From positions 1,240,001 through 1,304,000 of the forward strand of contig CBFFSA010000002.1 in assembly GCA_965644495.1 (NCBI GenBank): a DNA stretch of 64,000 bases, written 5' to 3'. The notes under the pieces were generated by a model, which saw nothing but the letters and a program-made list of their open reading frames with translations, was not told the DNA's origin and searched no databases. Origin of the DNA: Perkinsela sp. CCAP 1560/9 (Eukaryota > Protista > Euglenozoa: Kinetoplastea). The position numbers were made by a program, and so were the translations under genes. Below are positions 46,233 to 59,223 of the stretch, one piece after another. Position 1 is the stretch's first letter. Every line of letters begins with the position of its first letter.

Positions 46233-46774
46233 AGATGATTCTGATTCTGATTGTTCTATAATTGTGAATTTAGTGAATGATTTGAACTTTGAAGATGAGT
46301 CCGTTAACAGTTGAAAACTTTATGGGGTCAAGGACATTGTCAAGAAAATGTTGGGGCTTAGCGAACCTCACCTTCCGAGCTTTATTTCCGTCCACAGCAA
46401 CGGTTCATATTGTAATATTATTTTTTACCACGGAACTGGGCTTTTCTGTGGTTTTTACTCGGTGTCGTGTAAGTCCTCGTAGTGATTCTCCAGGCATATT
46501 CTACTATGGGCGTTCAACAAACTCGAAATAATATTATAGTATCCTATGAATCAGTTACATTAGTAACTAGTATTTAGGTATACACATTTTATTATATTTT
46601 TTACTTTAAGCACTTTCTTGTTTATTAGTGTTACACAAGCTTCATGAAAAATATCTTTGCTCGAGAACAGTTCCTTCACTCTCTTCCCCTCCGTCATCGA
46701 CCCTTGCTTCGCCACCGATGTCATTGGTACCATGTACGCACTTTCCACCATCCCCCTTGTTTCACCCTTTTCTT

Positions 46775-46880
46775 CCCCCCTTTATTATGTACCCCCCCTT
46801 ATTATGCCCCCCCCTTTATTATGCACCCCCCTTTATTATGCACCCCCCCTTTATTATGCACCCCCCCCCTTTATTATGCA
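46775..46880. repeat. Subterminal tandem repeat (C)n-tttattatgca, ~6 copies
   Basis: Seen directly; resembles the TIR core, which is also repeated at 43838-43935. Confidence 0.9.
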
Positions 46881-47841
46881 CAAACTCCAAAAACGTGTGC
46901 ATATCAAAGGGGGGGGTCACAGTAAGTTAACGGGGGGGTACGGTGTGACAGATAACTAGGGGGTTCAATGTGTGACAGATAACTAGGGGAGGGGGGGGGG
47001 GCGGTCACCAAAAAAATAGAAAGAGGAAGTTAGTGACAAAAAAGACGCCTTTAACCCCTATAAGATTTTTGTCCACCCGGGATTTCTTTCTTTTCTTCCT
47101 ATGCACGATCACTCACTTTCAAACTGATAAGAAAGGAAATAAAAGTTTTGTTTTTTTGAAAAAGACGAAAAACGTGACAGTTAACTAGTGGGGGGATCAC
47201 GTGTGACCGATAACTAGGGGGTACAGTAAAATAAGCTTGCGTAGAGTAAAATAAAAGTACTGTCCCCTCTATTTACTATTTAGTACCTTGCCCCCTCTAT
47301 TTAGAGGGTTGAAACCTACGAAAGGCAAAACCTGGCAAAACCCGCATATTCCTCATTGGAGAGTATGCAGTAGGTCTGTGTAAGTTCGTGTTGGTCCGTG
47401 ACGAGCTGTGTAGGTACGTGTAGGTTCGTGGTAATCCGTGTAGATTCGTGTAGGTTCGTGTAAGTTTTTTTTGACATTTTTTGAGAAGGTTCATTGGCTC
47501 GGCCGCTAGGATGATTGCATGTAACTAAAGTAGACCGAATTAAACCACTGTCCGGGTTAATATTCCCGGTAGGAATAATAAGAGGGTATAGGAATACAAC
47601 GAGGTATAGGAATATTAGAAAATTAGCAGAAAAGGACCAAAACATTTTTCCCGCCGCTTCGCGGCACGATCTTTGATCTTGTCCTCGTTTGGGTCTTGTG
47701 TGTGCTTGGAGCTCGCTATTTTGATGAAAGAAACATACAAAAAAGGGATTTTCGAGGGGTGAGTTGTGTGGATCTCAAGCAAAGACAGGGTAGGTGTCGG
47801 GGAGAGGGGGGTAGGAATATTAAGCACCGTTGGGACACTTA

Positions 47842-47963
47842 GAGGGGTGACTCTAGGTGGGAGCGCCCGGGAGCGCCTAGGATATCTTTCGTTAAAATTT
47901 TCTTCCTTAGTTTCTTAATATTTTAGAAGTTTACTGGGAGCGCCTGGGCAGGAGTCACCCCTC
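47842..47963. mobile_element. 122-bp Tourist-like MITE
   Basis: tta|gaggggtgactc ... gagtcacccctc|tta. Confidence 0.75.
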
Positions 47964-48404
47964 TTAATATTCCTGGTCGGAATAATACGAGGGTGTAGGA
48001 ATATTAACCCCGCAAAAAAAAGCGAAAAGTTTCAATGATGGACCCGGGCTAAGTTTATGAAGTTTTGCGAGTGTCTTATAGGACTTAAGTCGTTCTTAAT
48101 CGATCACGAGTGCCGTGCGCATCTCGGGGCACACGCGGGAGGAAGGTAATCACAGGGGGCGGTGCTTCTTCGCCATGAATCACCAATAAATGTACCAATT
48201 TAAAAAAAATGTACTCAGTGAAAACAAAATCAACTTTTTTGCGGTTACGTTTTCCGGTTTAGGTATGATACGGGTGTCCACGAGTGAAAAGGACCTTGGA
48301 TTCGGAACGATTGGGCCGAAAAACAGTCCCAAACAAAATATTTCCAAAATCGGACAAAATATGAGACCTGTAGGGGGGGGTAAAAGAGGCTGAACACTAC
48401 TGTA

Positions 48405-49371
48405 TAGGGTCGATCATGCGTTTTTGGAACGGTTCTGCAGTCTGCTATGAGATAGATTTTTGGAAAATAACGGCGAATTCGTGAAGATCTGTGGGAGAGC
48501 TCAACCGAAAAAATACTTCCGACCTGAGGAGAACATAAATTGTAAGTTAAATATTAGTGACAAAACACGTTTTTTCGGATTTTTCAGAAGAAAAATTTCA
48601 ATAGTTCACCGATTTTTATAATTTTTTCCCAACTTTCACCACGCCCACCTAGGACCCAGGGGGGGTGATAGGCAAAGCAAGGATGGGAAATGCACTAGTT
48701 TTCGAGATCTGTTGAATGTCGAAGGAATTAGGTCAAAAGCTCGCACGGTGCGCTCTGGAGCCCGGGGGGAAAACCAATAACTGGACTGTATAGCAACCAA
48801 TGCGCTGTTCACAAATAGCTCATGTACGAAATAAATGAATAAGAAATCAGTGCGAGTAAACGCAGATGAAGATAACTCGCTTGAGGAAAACGAATCTCTT
48901 TCATGCACAACTGCGTCACTTGACTCTTCGTCATACAATTCCAGGAAGTTCGCCATATTTGGAAATTTCGAGGAAAAGTAAAATAAAGGTTAGAGAAAAG
49001 CAAAGTAAAATCTCTCGAAAAAAATAGCTCTCCTGATATGCTATTAATAGAGGGAACGTGAATATCTCAAATTTTTGAACGTTAAAGTGATGCTGTAGCC
49101 CCCTAGGCTCCTTCTGATGAAAAAGAAAAGGTTCGCTTATTCATTGTGGGGTATTATTTCAGACGGTTATATGCAAAAATAGGGGGCTAGACCGTGAATT
49201 TTAGGCTGAAAAGATCACATTTCTCCTCCAAGTAATTTTTTTTGCAAAAGTGAAGTTTGAGAGTATTTTTACGTCGAGTCATTGTCATAAGAAGTACACT
49301 GCAGATTTTATTCTTATTATAGCAGCCATGGTACCCCCTGGAGAACCGTTCCATTTTTCACGATCGACCTA
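48405..49371. mobile_element. Non-autonomous TIR element
   Basis: tagggtcgatc...tggaacggttct and agaaccgttcca...gatcgaccta are inverted copies. Confidence 0.6.
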
Positions 49372-51045
49372 TAAGTTGAAAACAACCACCGCGCTTAACG
49401 AAGAGCCTAAAAAAGAAAAATATTAAAAATGAACTAAAGTAAAACTACTAGAAATCGGAAAAAAAGTGGGTCTGTGTAAATCTGTGTGAATTCGTGTAGA
49501 TCCGTGTAAGTTCGTGTAGGTTTTTTTTGAACCCCAACCTAGTCCATCTGCAGACTCTCCATTGACGTGGCGAAGGAAACTACTCTGTCAAAAATAGTGA
49601 AGAACATACTTGATCTCCATCGTGCGCTGCAAAACATTTTCGCGCCACAAAAAATTAAAATTTGGAAAAAAATATTTTTCGAAATACACCCCCAGAAAGG
49701 GTAGCCGAGGCCACCCCCGTACTCGGGCACGACTCCCCCTGGTATCAACAGGACGGGTCCGCCAAGTTCGTTTTTTTCTGAAAAGAAAGTTGAGAGAAAG
49801 TCAACTTGGCGAAAAACATGGCTTAAAAAACAGCTTTTCAAAAAAGTTTCACCTAAAGTAGTTTGAGAGTTTGGGACCTATACTAGCTTTCTACGACGTT
49901 GTTTTCACAAGATACCCCTTCTTGAAGACGTAACGCGTCTCCCAAAATGACGCCCACAAAAATAGTTCCTGGCAAAACCAGGCAAAACTTAACAGGTTTC
50001 AACCCTCTTAGTGTTTAATTTCAAAGGTTCGTAGAAATTGGCGCCGCGAAGCGGCGCCGTTTTCTTTTCCCCTGTAATATTCGATTTCGTCTAATTTAGT
50101 CTACTCATTCGAAATAGAAGTGGAAAAAGTTTCTTTTTCTTGATACATTCCTCTTCTTTGTATGTCGATTGGACCTCTTTCTGGCTGGTGCAGATCAAGA
50201 CAACCGCTTCCTCGGGTTGGTTCATTGACTAACCAGATTGCCTCAAATGTTGATGTGACGTCCGTCCTCGAGGAAGCATTGCCACACACAAAAGCCAGTC
50301 TTTCAATGTAAGACAAGCTGACGATTAGCAGATCGAGCGAGAGTGCAAAGTCGCTATCAAAGAAGTATAAAGTGACAGAGCAGTGTATTTATCAGATCAA
50401 GCGAATCGGTTCTTAGTTTATCAAGAACGAGTAAACCGTGGTGGGAGTTCTATAAAAAAAGAAAGGAACGCTAATCCGTATTGTTTGAGCTAATGGAAAA
50501 AGAAGGTGTATTTCGTAGCGACTCGGGCTCCCCTACTTAGTGTTTAATTTTTCCCAATTCTACTAAACACTAAATAGGGGGGGGACGGTGTACACGTAGG
50601 CACGCAGAAACACACAGGTAATTTTCTGTGCACACCCTGGAGTAAGTGGCTTGTAAGTTACAATACTACCCACTTACAAGGTTGTAAGTTACAATTTTAA
50701 CTTACAAACTACAAGTAACTTTCATGGGGTGGTAGCGATTGCAAGATACTATTGCAATTCTCGAAGGCATTTCTCCCTCAGACAAGCTGCGACTTCAAGT
50801 CAACCGTGTGTGTTTGTGTTGTGAGTCATATGAAATAGTTAGCGCTGTTCCTACGATAAAACGTATTGACAGCATCCTACCAGGTTCCACTCATGACAGG
50901 CTGCAACGGATAAGCAACTCTGTGGACAGTGGATAGAGAATGATATTGAAATGCTGACTTCTACGTAGCCACGAGCTTCAACAGTTTAACATTTTTCAAC
51001 GTTAAACTACCTTTGCATCACTTTGTGCAGCTGCGAAGTACGTGT

Positions 51046-53025
51046 TCATTGTTTCGCATTGCTTTCTAGAACGACATCTAGTGCGTTGTTTCCAGTTCTG
51101 TTACGAACGTAGGAAAGGAAGGGTGCAGAAAGTTCCCCATAAGGAGGCCGTAGCTTTGTAATGAGTAGCGTGAGTCGAGATGCCGAATGCAAGTCGCCAA
51201 GAGCCAGAAGCCGCCGAATAAGCACCATCAGAGGATAGGAATCTAGTACGACAGGAGGTTCATAGTTTTGCATCAATCTTAGCGTGAGTTCGAGGGCATC
51301 GGTCATGTGATCATAGGTTAAAAGTTGCTGAACAGCTAAATCAAGTACTTGAGGTGTGATCGCCACACCCTTAGCTTCCATTGCTTCCACAACTGAGAGG
51401 GTGATTGATGCCTTTATGTGATGATGTCCACATGCATACAATGCACAATGAAATGAAGTTGCATCAGCATTCAGTCCAAAGATACCTTCAATCGCTTCCA
51501 ACCTCTCAAAGGTACGAAGTTCGTCGCCTTGCAACGCACATGCTAAAATCACTAAATTGAGAGAGCCGAGTTTCACCGCAGGAGTTTTTGTCGTGTCGTC
51601 TTTACACTGTATCGAATCGCGGTGTACGGTCTCCAGGAAATAATATGCACTATCGACCCGGGCCTGCGAGCACAGTTCCTGTCCCAGCAGGTGCATGACA
51701 GCCATTCCGCGGGAGGACACATCTCCGGACCAATCCTCTAGCATACGCATCCCCCTCTCTACGTTTCCCCGGGAGAACAGTGCGTGTACCATTGTGACGA
51801 CATCACGCTGCTCGGCTAGCACTCGCCGCTGAGTGTTTGGGAGTAATGAAATAATTTTGTCAAAAGTTTCTACATCACGGTAGCGCCAACACTGCCGTTC
51901 CATGTGCCGCAACACAGAGGGAGATAAAGCCCGTGCTACCTCGCTGGTGTGTTTCTCATATAGGTTGACCTCGGGGAAGGTGCCAGTAAGATCAGGGTTA
52001 TTTTGAGCTCCGAGACGTAATGGAGAAAAAAGGGTAGTCGAGGGTCGTTTGTCTTCCCCTAGTCCGGTAGAGGAATCCCCTACATCCACTTCTGTAGACT
52101 TGATCATGACTTTGTCCTTGGCTGCAAAAGAAATATCTTTTTCCGAACTGTCAGTTCTGTCTTCATCGCTCGTTGACAGAATATTTTTTTGAGGTATGCT
52201 TGAAGCGGAGTTTGCTTGCGTGGCAGCAAAGGAAATTGTGCGATACATGAGGTCTAATAATTCCGGAAGAACGGAAGGCGCAAAGGAAACATCGCGCGCT
52301 GCCCAATAGATCCATAGCGTTAGCCTCTCCGGTGTTAGTTCGGGCTTGTAATCCTGTATCGGAGCGTCAGGCCACCTCACTTTCTTTTCTATGTTAGTCG
52401 AATCTGGTAGGCAACGTGACAAGGTGTCCAACATTACTTGAGAGGACGGCCAACATCGCGCTAATGCTTGAAATAGACTGTGATAGGCATCGTTCGGGGA
52501 GCGTAGTTGCCGGCGCTCCATTTCCTCCCACAGAGCCGTAGGATCCGTACCATTTTGTAGTTGTAATGCTATCATGTTTTGGTACGTATGGGCATTTTTC
52601 TCCAGCCCTAGTGCATGAATTCGTTGCTCCACGTCACACAGTATAGATGGCGTCACAACGTCGGTGCACTCCAGTAGGCAAGCAAGGTAGGTGTTAAAAA
52701 GCTCCAGCACATAGCTCCGGGTGTTACAGCTCAACGTGAGATCAAGTATTTTGTGCAGCCAGGCGGTGGATGTGCCTCTCGTTGTGTACGCTCGCAGAAG
52801 ATGGATACCAACTAATGCTGCTTCTTCCGTCTTTCGTACGTAGGATGCCATTGTGCGACCTTCTTGGAGGAAGGTGTCGAATTCGGTACAAATAGAAAGA
52901 GCTACCTCGTTGCGACTACGGTCGGACTGCGTTATCTCTGCGAATCTTACACATGGTCTAAGCTTCGACACTGTGTCACTTGTGAGTACGCTGTATACCT
53001 GCCAACGTCTACATATTGAAAACAT
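51046..53025 (-). CDS. Pentatricopeptide-repeat protein, probably mitochondrial
   Basis: MFSICRRW presequence-like start; GLEKNAHTYQNMI, GLNADATSFHCAL, MEAKGVAITP PPR-type motifs. Confidence 0.72.
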   Translation of the reverse strand: MFSICRRWQVYSVLTSDTVSKLRPCVRFAEITQSDRSRNEVALSICTEFDTFLQEGRTMASYVRKTEEAALVGIHLLRAYTTRGTSTAWLHKILDLTLSCNTRSYVLELFNTYLACLLECTDVVTPSILCDVEQRIHALGLEKNAHTYQNMIALQLQNGTDPTALWEEMERRQLRSPNDAYHSLFQALARCWPSSQVMLDTLSRCLPDSTNIEKKVRWPDAPIQDYKPELTPERLTLWIYWAARDVSFAPSVLPELLDLMYRTISFAATQANSASSIPQKNILSTSDEDRTDSSEKDISFAAKDKVMIKSTEVDVGDSSTGLGEDKRPSTTLFSPLRLGAQNNPDLTGTFPEVNLYEKHTSEVARALSPSVLRHMERQCWRYRDVETFDKIISLLPNTQRRVLAEQRDVVTMVHALFSRGNVERGMRMLEDWSGDVSSRGMAVMHLLGQELCSQARVDSAYYFLETVHRDSIQCKDDTTKTPAVKLGSLNLVILACALQGDELRTFERLEAIEGIFGLNADATSFHCALYACGHHHIKASITLSVVEAMEAKGVAITPQVLDLAVQQLLTYDHMTDALELTLRLMQNYEPPVVLDSYPLMVLIRRLLALGDLHSASRLTLLITKLRPPYGELSAPFLSYVRNRTGNNALDVVLESNAKQ

Positions 53026-53798
53026 ACCGCTTACCGAGCCATTGAATATGTGGAAAATCTCTAATACTCCATATCATTGTGCTACGTACAAGGGATGGCA
53101 CTCGTACATGGAGACTAAACATTTATAAAAATCATATACTGTCTCTTTCATAAATAATTATAATTATTAAATATAAAACTTTTGGATTTATACTTTGAAC
53201 GAGAAAGTGATATCTTAGCCCCCTTCAAGCAAAAAGTAAGGGCGGCAGCTTAGAAAAGTTGATTTTTCACCGTTTCAAGAAAGAAGCAATCAAAGACAAG
53301 TATTCCACCACGTGACAAATCCAATGTTTGATATATGTTTTTGCTCATTTTTTTGGTATTAAATTACCTTCATCTGCGTATTCCACAAGCGCTCCGGCTC
53401 AGTCGATTTCGGACCATCACACCGTTGCTTACTGCAATCTTTGTTCTTGCACTCCCCTTATACTTCCAATAAACTTACACTTCCGTCAACCGTCATTTTT
53501 GAGTCAACCAAGGAAGAGAACTCAGGTAAACTTTAAAAGACCTCAAGAACATGGAAGCCATTTGGGGAAGACTTACGCTCACGTAGCAGGACCCGATTGG
53601 ATGCAAGATGAAGACCCCATGAACCCCCATTTTTTTCAATTTTTCAGTTTTGGACCACCGGAGCCCCCTTTTATAGTTTTTTCTTCTATTATATTACTGT
53701 GTTCCTCTTTGTATTTTGACTGTTTTTGTTCACTTTTTTTTTCAATAATCGAGGGTAGAGCGGTAGTTTTACAACCACCGCAATGCATACTAAACGGC

Positions 53799-54303
53799 AC
53801 ATTTATAATGCATATAGCACATTCAGATGCATATTAGCACATTCACATGCATATAGCACATTCAGGTGCATAACAGCACATTCACATGCATAACAGCACA
53901 TTCTAATGCATATAGCACATTCGCATGCATATAGCACATTCACATGCATATTTCTCAATTTTGTTGATCCTTCCCTTTTAATCACAAAATTCAAAAAACG
54001 TGTAGATATTGTTGGCTCATTGGCCCGGCTGGCCCCTCCGTGCGTTCGGCCTCTCATTTCTCCCAAAACAACTACCACCTTCCCCCCCTATTTAGCGGGG
54101 GTCGCTCGGGTGGAAGGGGGGGAAGGTGGTAGTTGTGGGGTATGGAGGCCTCTCGCAACTCCGGGGCCTCACCGGGAGCAAAGGTGAGCTTCCATAGCAC
54201 CCCGCACCAACTTTTCGAAAAAGTTGAAATCCGTGCCTAAAATTTTATGCATTTGAATGTGGTGTTATGCATGTGAATGTGCTATATGCATGTGAATGTG
54301 CCG
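53799..54303. repeat. ~20-bp tandem array (atgcatatagcacattcac x~7) with an inverted partner array; probable MITE
   Basis: Array at ~53808-53950, reverse-complement copies at ~54247-54303, cggcacatt/aatgtgccg near the ends. Confidence 0.75.
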
Positions 54304-54618
54304 GATTTATGCATGTAATATAATTTATATTACAGTTATTTTTAATTACGGTTATTTTTAATTAAGATTATTTTTAGCCCCGAAAAAAATAACTTTTTTT
54401 TCATGTCTATCACCATCGACCTCACTTTCATACGAAACGTAAACCTTTATAAAATGATCACAGACGAATCCAACGGCTTGGTCGCTTAAAAGCTACTCAA
54501 AAAGTATGTTCAAAAACTATTAATTTACGAGTGGACTATATTACGGTTAATTTAATTAAGATCAATTTTAGCCAAAAATAACCTTAAAAGCGTAATTAAA
54601 TAATACTGTAATTAAATA

Positions 54619-55968
54619 AACCCCGCGTCATGAAAAGTGAGCCCCCACTTTTTTTTCGTACAAGTGTCCGTTTGAGCTGATTTTTGTTGCATTTTGCAGA
54701 TCTCAACACAAGGACTTTGCGCGTGAAGAAATGAAACAAAAAGAAGCGAATACGTATATTTTATTGAGGAATTACCATTTTTTCACCTTTTCGCCTTTCA
54801 ATCTTATACACTCCTTAAGGCGTGAGTCAAAGCTTAAGACCGTTTTGTCGATCACATTTTGAGACAAGCGAGACCACGCTTTGCGTACACATCGGATGAG
54901 TGAAGGCTTATCCGATGGGGTCTGTTCGTCCACCGCCCCTTGGACCATAGACCAGACGTTTTCTATTGGGGAAAGATATGGTGAGTTGGGGGGCCAATTT
55001 TTCAGAAGTTCACTCATTGCGCTTTCAATGTACTCCTTTGAGGCACGAGCAGTGTGTGCCGTTTCCCCATCTTGCTGAAAAATAGGGAGGAATTTTTTTT
55101 AGGGGGGAAATCTACCTCTTTTAATGTTTCTATGTACGTCTCACTTGTAATAGATGTGTCATTTTGTAGAATTACCGAGTACCTCCACCCCACCCCTACA
55201 GCACCCCAAACTTGGCATCTTGGTGCCCGACGTACTTTTTGACGCGGGGCTGCTTTTTGACCGCGCCTTACCCACATTTTTCTTCCGCCATCATTCGTAT
55301 CAAATGTTTTTTCGTCTGTAAAGATGACACGGGAAGTATCCATATTGTAATTCAACTCAAATTGAACTCTTTTTACTTTTTGTCGTTCGGTAAGCCCTTG
55401 GCATAGCGGTCGAGCGGCATAACTGTAATCCAGGGATGATAAGTCTCTCTGTAGAGTTCTTTTTGAAACTTGTATATTCTTTTTCTTCAATTCGGCTGCT
55501 ATGCGCCTCGATGAATTGAGTCTCGGTACTCCAGCGGGGTCAAGAGGGGTTATTATCTTCTCAATTTTCGTTTTACGAGTTTTCATTATTTTTTTTCGCT
55601 CAGGACTCAAAGTGTATGCTGGGGTAGTTTTTTTTTTCGTTCAAATATTTTTTAACTATCCTTCTAGAAACGTTGAAATCACGGGCTAGCTCTTTTATTG
55701 GTACTCCTTGTCCGTGCCTCATCTTTAAAAGAACCTTTCCAGTAGAAGTCAGCCCCCCTCTTGGGAGTCGATATGGTGATTTTGGCATTTTTGAAAAAAA
55801 TGTTGAAAAAATTAATTTTTTTTTACTGAATTTTAAAGTTTTAAAATGAGCTAAAAACAGCGGGAACGTACAGATCTCAAAATTTTGAACGACAACGTGG
55901 TATGATAACCGCCCCACGACCCCCTGTGCTAAAAATAAGGGGGGGTCACTTATTGGTGACGCGGGGTT
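54619..55968 (-). mobile_element. Tc1 family A, full length, transposase frameshifted
   Basis: TA-flanked TIRs aaccccgcgtca..aagtga; HTH, FTDEKTF, QQDG..AH, WPPNSPYLSPIEN in separate frames (54772-55788). Confidence 0.9.
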
Positions 55969-56492
55969 TATAACACTGTATGTAAACTTATCTGCCAAGT
56001 CAGCTGACTGGCAGCTGACTGGACAGTCCACTGTAATATGGTACTGTAAGCTAATATGTCTAATATGGTACTGTAAACATTAAAAATCTACTCTAAACAG
56101 TATAAATGGTTGATGGTTGCACTGAAAGTGCATATCTAGCGCTCCTTGGTACCATATTGTCTGATTGAACCTTAATTTTTCACGCTCAGGGCATCGTTCT
56201 GAACATCTTAATAATTATTAATAATTATTAATAATCGTTAATAATTTTTTAATAATAATTATTATTAAATCCTAAAATTATTAATAATTCTTAAATAAAT
56301 TAAATTCTTAATAATTCGTCTTACGTATACGAAATGCAAAATGCATTTTTTGGTAGTCAGCTGGCTATTTTTCCAGGTGGTGGCCAGCTCACCATTGCTC
56401 CAGGGGGTGGCCAGCTGGCCACTTTTTCAAGGCCGAGAAAATCATACCTTTTTTTCGTTCATTTGTTATGCCGTCGGCGAGTGAAATGCGTT

Positions 56493-57262
56493 TCAAAAAA
56501 AAAGACATTTCTGGAAGTTAGTTAAGGAGCTCAAAAATATTCCCCAAACTTTGAAACAGCTGTAGTCTGTCAATTTTGGGAACCTCTGAGCTGCCTTACA
56601 AATCATGTGACCTATACATGACAAAAACGTAATGGTGGGAAACGCAAAACGTAAGCCTTGCTCAAAGTTCAACAGATCATCTTGGCCAACACCATCAGTC
56701 CGATCATAAATTTCGCGCAGATGACCCTCGCAATGCAACCGGGCAACATGGTTACCTGCACTGCCGTCGACCATGAGAAATTTTAGTTTTTTTAGTCGAT
56801 CAGCTCCGATGTTAATCATTAAGCTGCTAATGAAAGTCTCGACCATGAGTTTTCCATCGAACGCCTTGTGTTGAGGTGAATAAAGTGGTGGAAGAACATA
56901 TTCTTCAGCCCCCACATATAAGATGCACAAGAGCAAATGTTCACTCTTTACCCGATCAATACCTGCATCTACCGCTGCACCAAAAAAACGTGATTATCGA
57001 TGTGGTCTCGAAGAACCCCCCATAATTCATTTGCCAGAACGGACTCGCATTCATGAAGTTTTCGAGTTGTCTTAGGAAAAAATGCAAGAAATTGTGCGGC
57101 AGTCACGTTAGGAGGCCACTGCTCCAAAAAAGAGTGAACAAAAGTGATAAATTGCTGTGATGGTGTGCTCATAAGAGCGTGCACACATGGAACTACCCGC
57201 GTTGCGTACACCTCCGCATTTTGCCGCATTGTTATCGTGCTGTTTCGTTCCTCCTCTTCCAT
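56493..57262 (-). pseudogene. hAT-like transposase fragment
   Basis: LYVGAEEYVLPPLY..HKAFDG..LMVDGSAGNHVAR..CIGH vs LYVGPHHWVLPPMY..HGAFNG..LIVDGAAVNHVAR..CISH in 1935-3251. Confidence 0.8.
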
Positions 57263-57780
57263 TCGAACAGTCCGAAGATCACATTCCTTTCTGTGTCGTT
57301 GGTAGTGATTTCGAGCCTTACTGTAAGACTAAAAATCTAAGTCTCTACGTAGAATTTCTACGTAGAACGCGTAGAATTCTACGTAGACTACCAACTATGC
57401 TTACAGTGAGTCTATAATTTATACCAGTATGCACAAGCAACTATACGAGTATGCACATACAAGCACATGTAGAGGTGCTCAGCACAAGTAGGAACATACG
57501 AAGTGAAGCAAATCAACACATCTATGAGATATTGTATAGTTGGTGGTCAACGTCTTTGTAGGAGTAGTATCTATATTACTCTTTTGCTACTGATATTTAT
57601 TGCGAAGTGACCTCAGATGTTTTAATTCCTACGGACCAGGATGCTTGTTTTAAGAAGCTCTGTTCACTGAAGCGCAAGGGCATATAGGTCCGAAGTGTAC
57701 TGGTACGTTGCTTACCAGGTGCTATCCAACACGCTAAGCGAGTAGTCAACGTTGAAAACATTTTTGAAAAAGTTACCTCT

Positions 57781-58515
57781 ATGGCAGGAAACGGTAAAAC
57801 TACCGAGGGCGTACAGAAAATGGAACTTGCGTGCGCAGCTTTGCTATCCGGAAACTTTAGTTCACGAAACGTAAGTGATGAGATACTCGTCGCTCTACGA
57901 GATGCCGTATTTGAAATTGAAGTAGACTCCAAAAACATGGAAACAAAGGAGCCAACGGAGGAAAAACCCGCGCATGAGCTTTCCTCTGCGCAGAAGCGCC
58001 TAAAGGAGATCCAGGATCAGGTTCGGCCGTATATCGGCACCATGGACGATCCTCGTTGTGGAGAACTGATCCACAAATGCCTTTTGAACGTGGGGTTCGC
58101 CAGTGAAAGTTGGATGACCCCAGAAATTGTTGCAAATGTGCGCAACGTAGTAGGAAAGGCTCCCTACATGCGATATTATGCGCAGCTCTTCACGAAGCAT
58201 CCAGCTGGAGACCCACTTCCAGATGTGAGTAACAAGGGAGTTCGCCTGGTAATGTGGAGTCTATTATGCAAGCTTGGATCTGTAATGATGTCACACCGGC
58301 TGGCGCATCACGGAAAGATCATCGCAGCAGAAAAGATAGAAGAAATACTATTGAACAACGAACACATCAAAGTTGGTCATAGTATCGTGGCGGTTATTGC
58401 AACTGATGAGAGAGCTACGTCACAGGTGAACCTCAAGAGCTCAGCTCAAAAGTGTTATCGGGAAATTCGTGATTTTATCACCCGCCTCGTTTCACCCACA
58501 CCCGGCCAACCATAA
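57781..58515 (+). CDS. Hypothetical protein, 244 aa
   Basis: Long ORF with protein-like composition; no motif recognised. Confidence 0.4.
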   Translation: MAGNGKTTEGVQKMELACAALLSGNFSSRNVSDEILVALRDAVFEIEVDSKNMETKEPTEEKPAHELSSAQKRLKEIQDQVRPYIGTMDDPRCGELIHKCLLNVGFASESWMTPEIVANVRNVVGKAPYMRYYAQLFTKHPAGDPLPDVSNKGVRLVMWSLLCKLGSVMMSHRLAHHGKIIAAEKIEEILLNNEHIKVGHSIVAVIATDERATSQVNLKSSAQKCYREIRDFITRLVSPTPGQP

Positions 58516-59223
58516 AGACGAATAGGCAGAGGTTGTAAACAACCCCCGCAATTATAAGCACATAATCCCAGAATAAGGTCAAGCCGAAAATAAAATTTGG
58601 TTTTACGAACGTCTACTTTATGATGAGTCATTTTGCTCCTCTCTTGAATCATTTGATTCAGAAGAGCCCGAAGGCTGAGTAAGTCTGTAAGAAAGTAAGA
58701 GTTGGAGGGATGAGGGAATCCAAAAAGGGGGGATGAGTAAGTCATTCAGTAATTCAGTAAACAAGACAATGCTTAATTCAGTAACCCGGGGGTCAGGTTA
58801 CCATTTAAAGGTGGATTACCGTTTAAATTGCAATTTACAGGTAGAGATGTATTTACGAGTCTCTATTTACAGATAATAACGCATGGGATGGGGCAAGGAA
58901 TGGGGAATAATAACGCAAGGATGGGGTGTTGTTTTGTGCAGAAATCTTCTAGTGTGCGCATTCTTGATTTTCTTTGGAATTCGTTGATGTTTAGTTACGT
59001 TTCGGGAAATTTTTGAAAAATGTGCAAACTTCGTTCAATCTTGTGGGCTTAAATAGTAAACCTCATTTTTGTGGAACTAAATGTTTTACGCCACAAGAAT
59101 ATAAATTAAGGTAACTTTAATTAACGTAGCATTAATAAAAGAAAAAAATTTTCTCTCGTCAGAAATTACGTTAATTAATATTTTTCTTATTTAAAGTCTC
59201 ACTGGTATACTTACACTTCATTG

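Larger units (their letters stand above)
43832..46922 (+). mobile_element. pogo-like DNA transposon (3.1 kb)
   Basis: ta|ctgtgaccccccctttaatatgcac ... gtgcatatcaaagggggggggtcacag|ta. Confidence 0.9.
47304..50007. mobile_element. Non-autonomous PIF/Harbinger-like element with nested insertions
   Basis: tta|gagggttgaaacct ... aggtttcaaccctc|tta; ggcaaaac and tcgtgtag motifs near both ends. Confidence 0.7.

Noticed and set aside
53808-53950. CRISPR-like array (also 46775-46880)
   Set aside because: No unique spacers and no cas genes; these are TE subterminal repeats.
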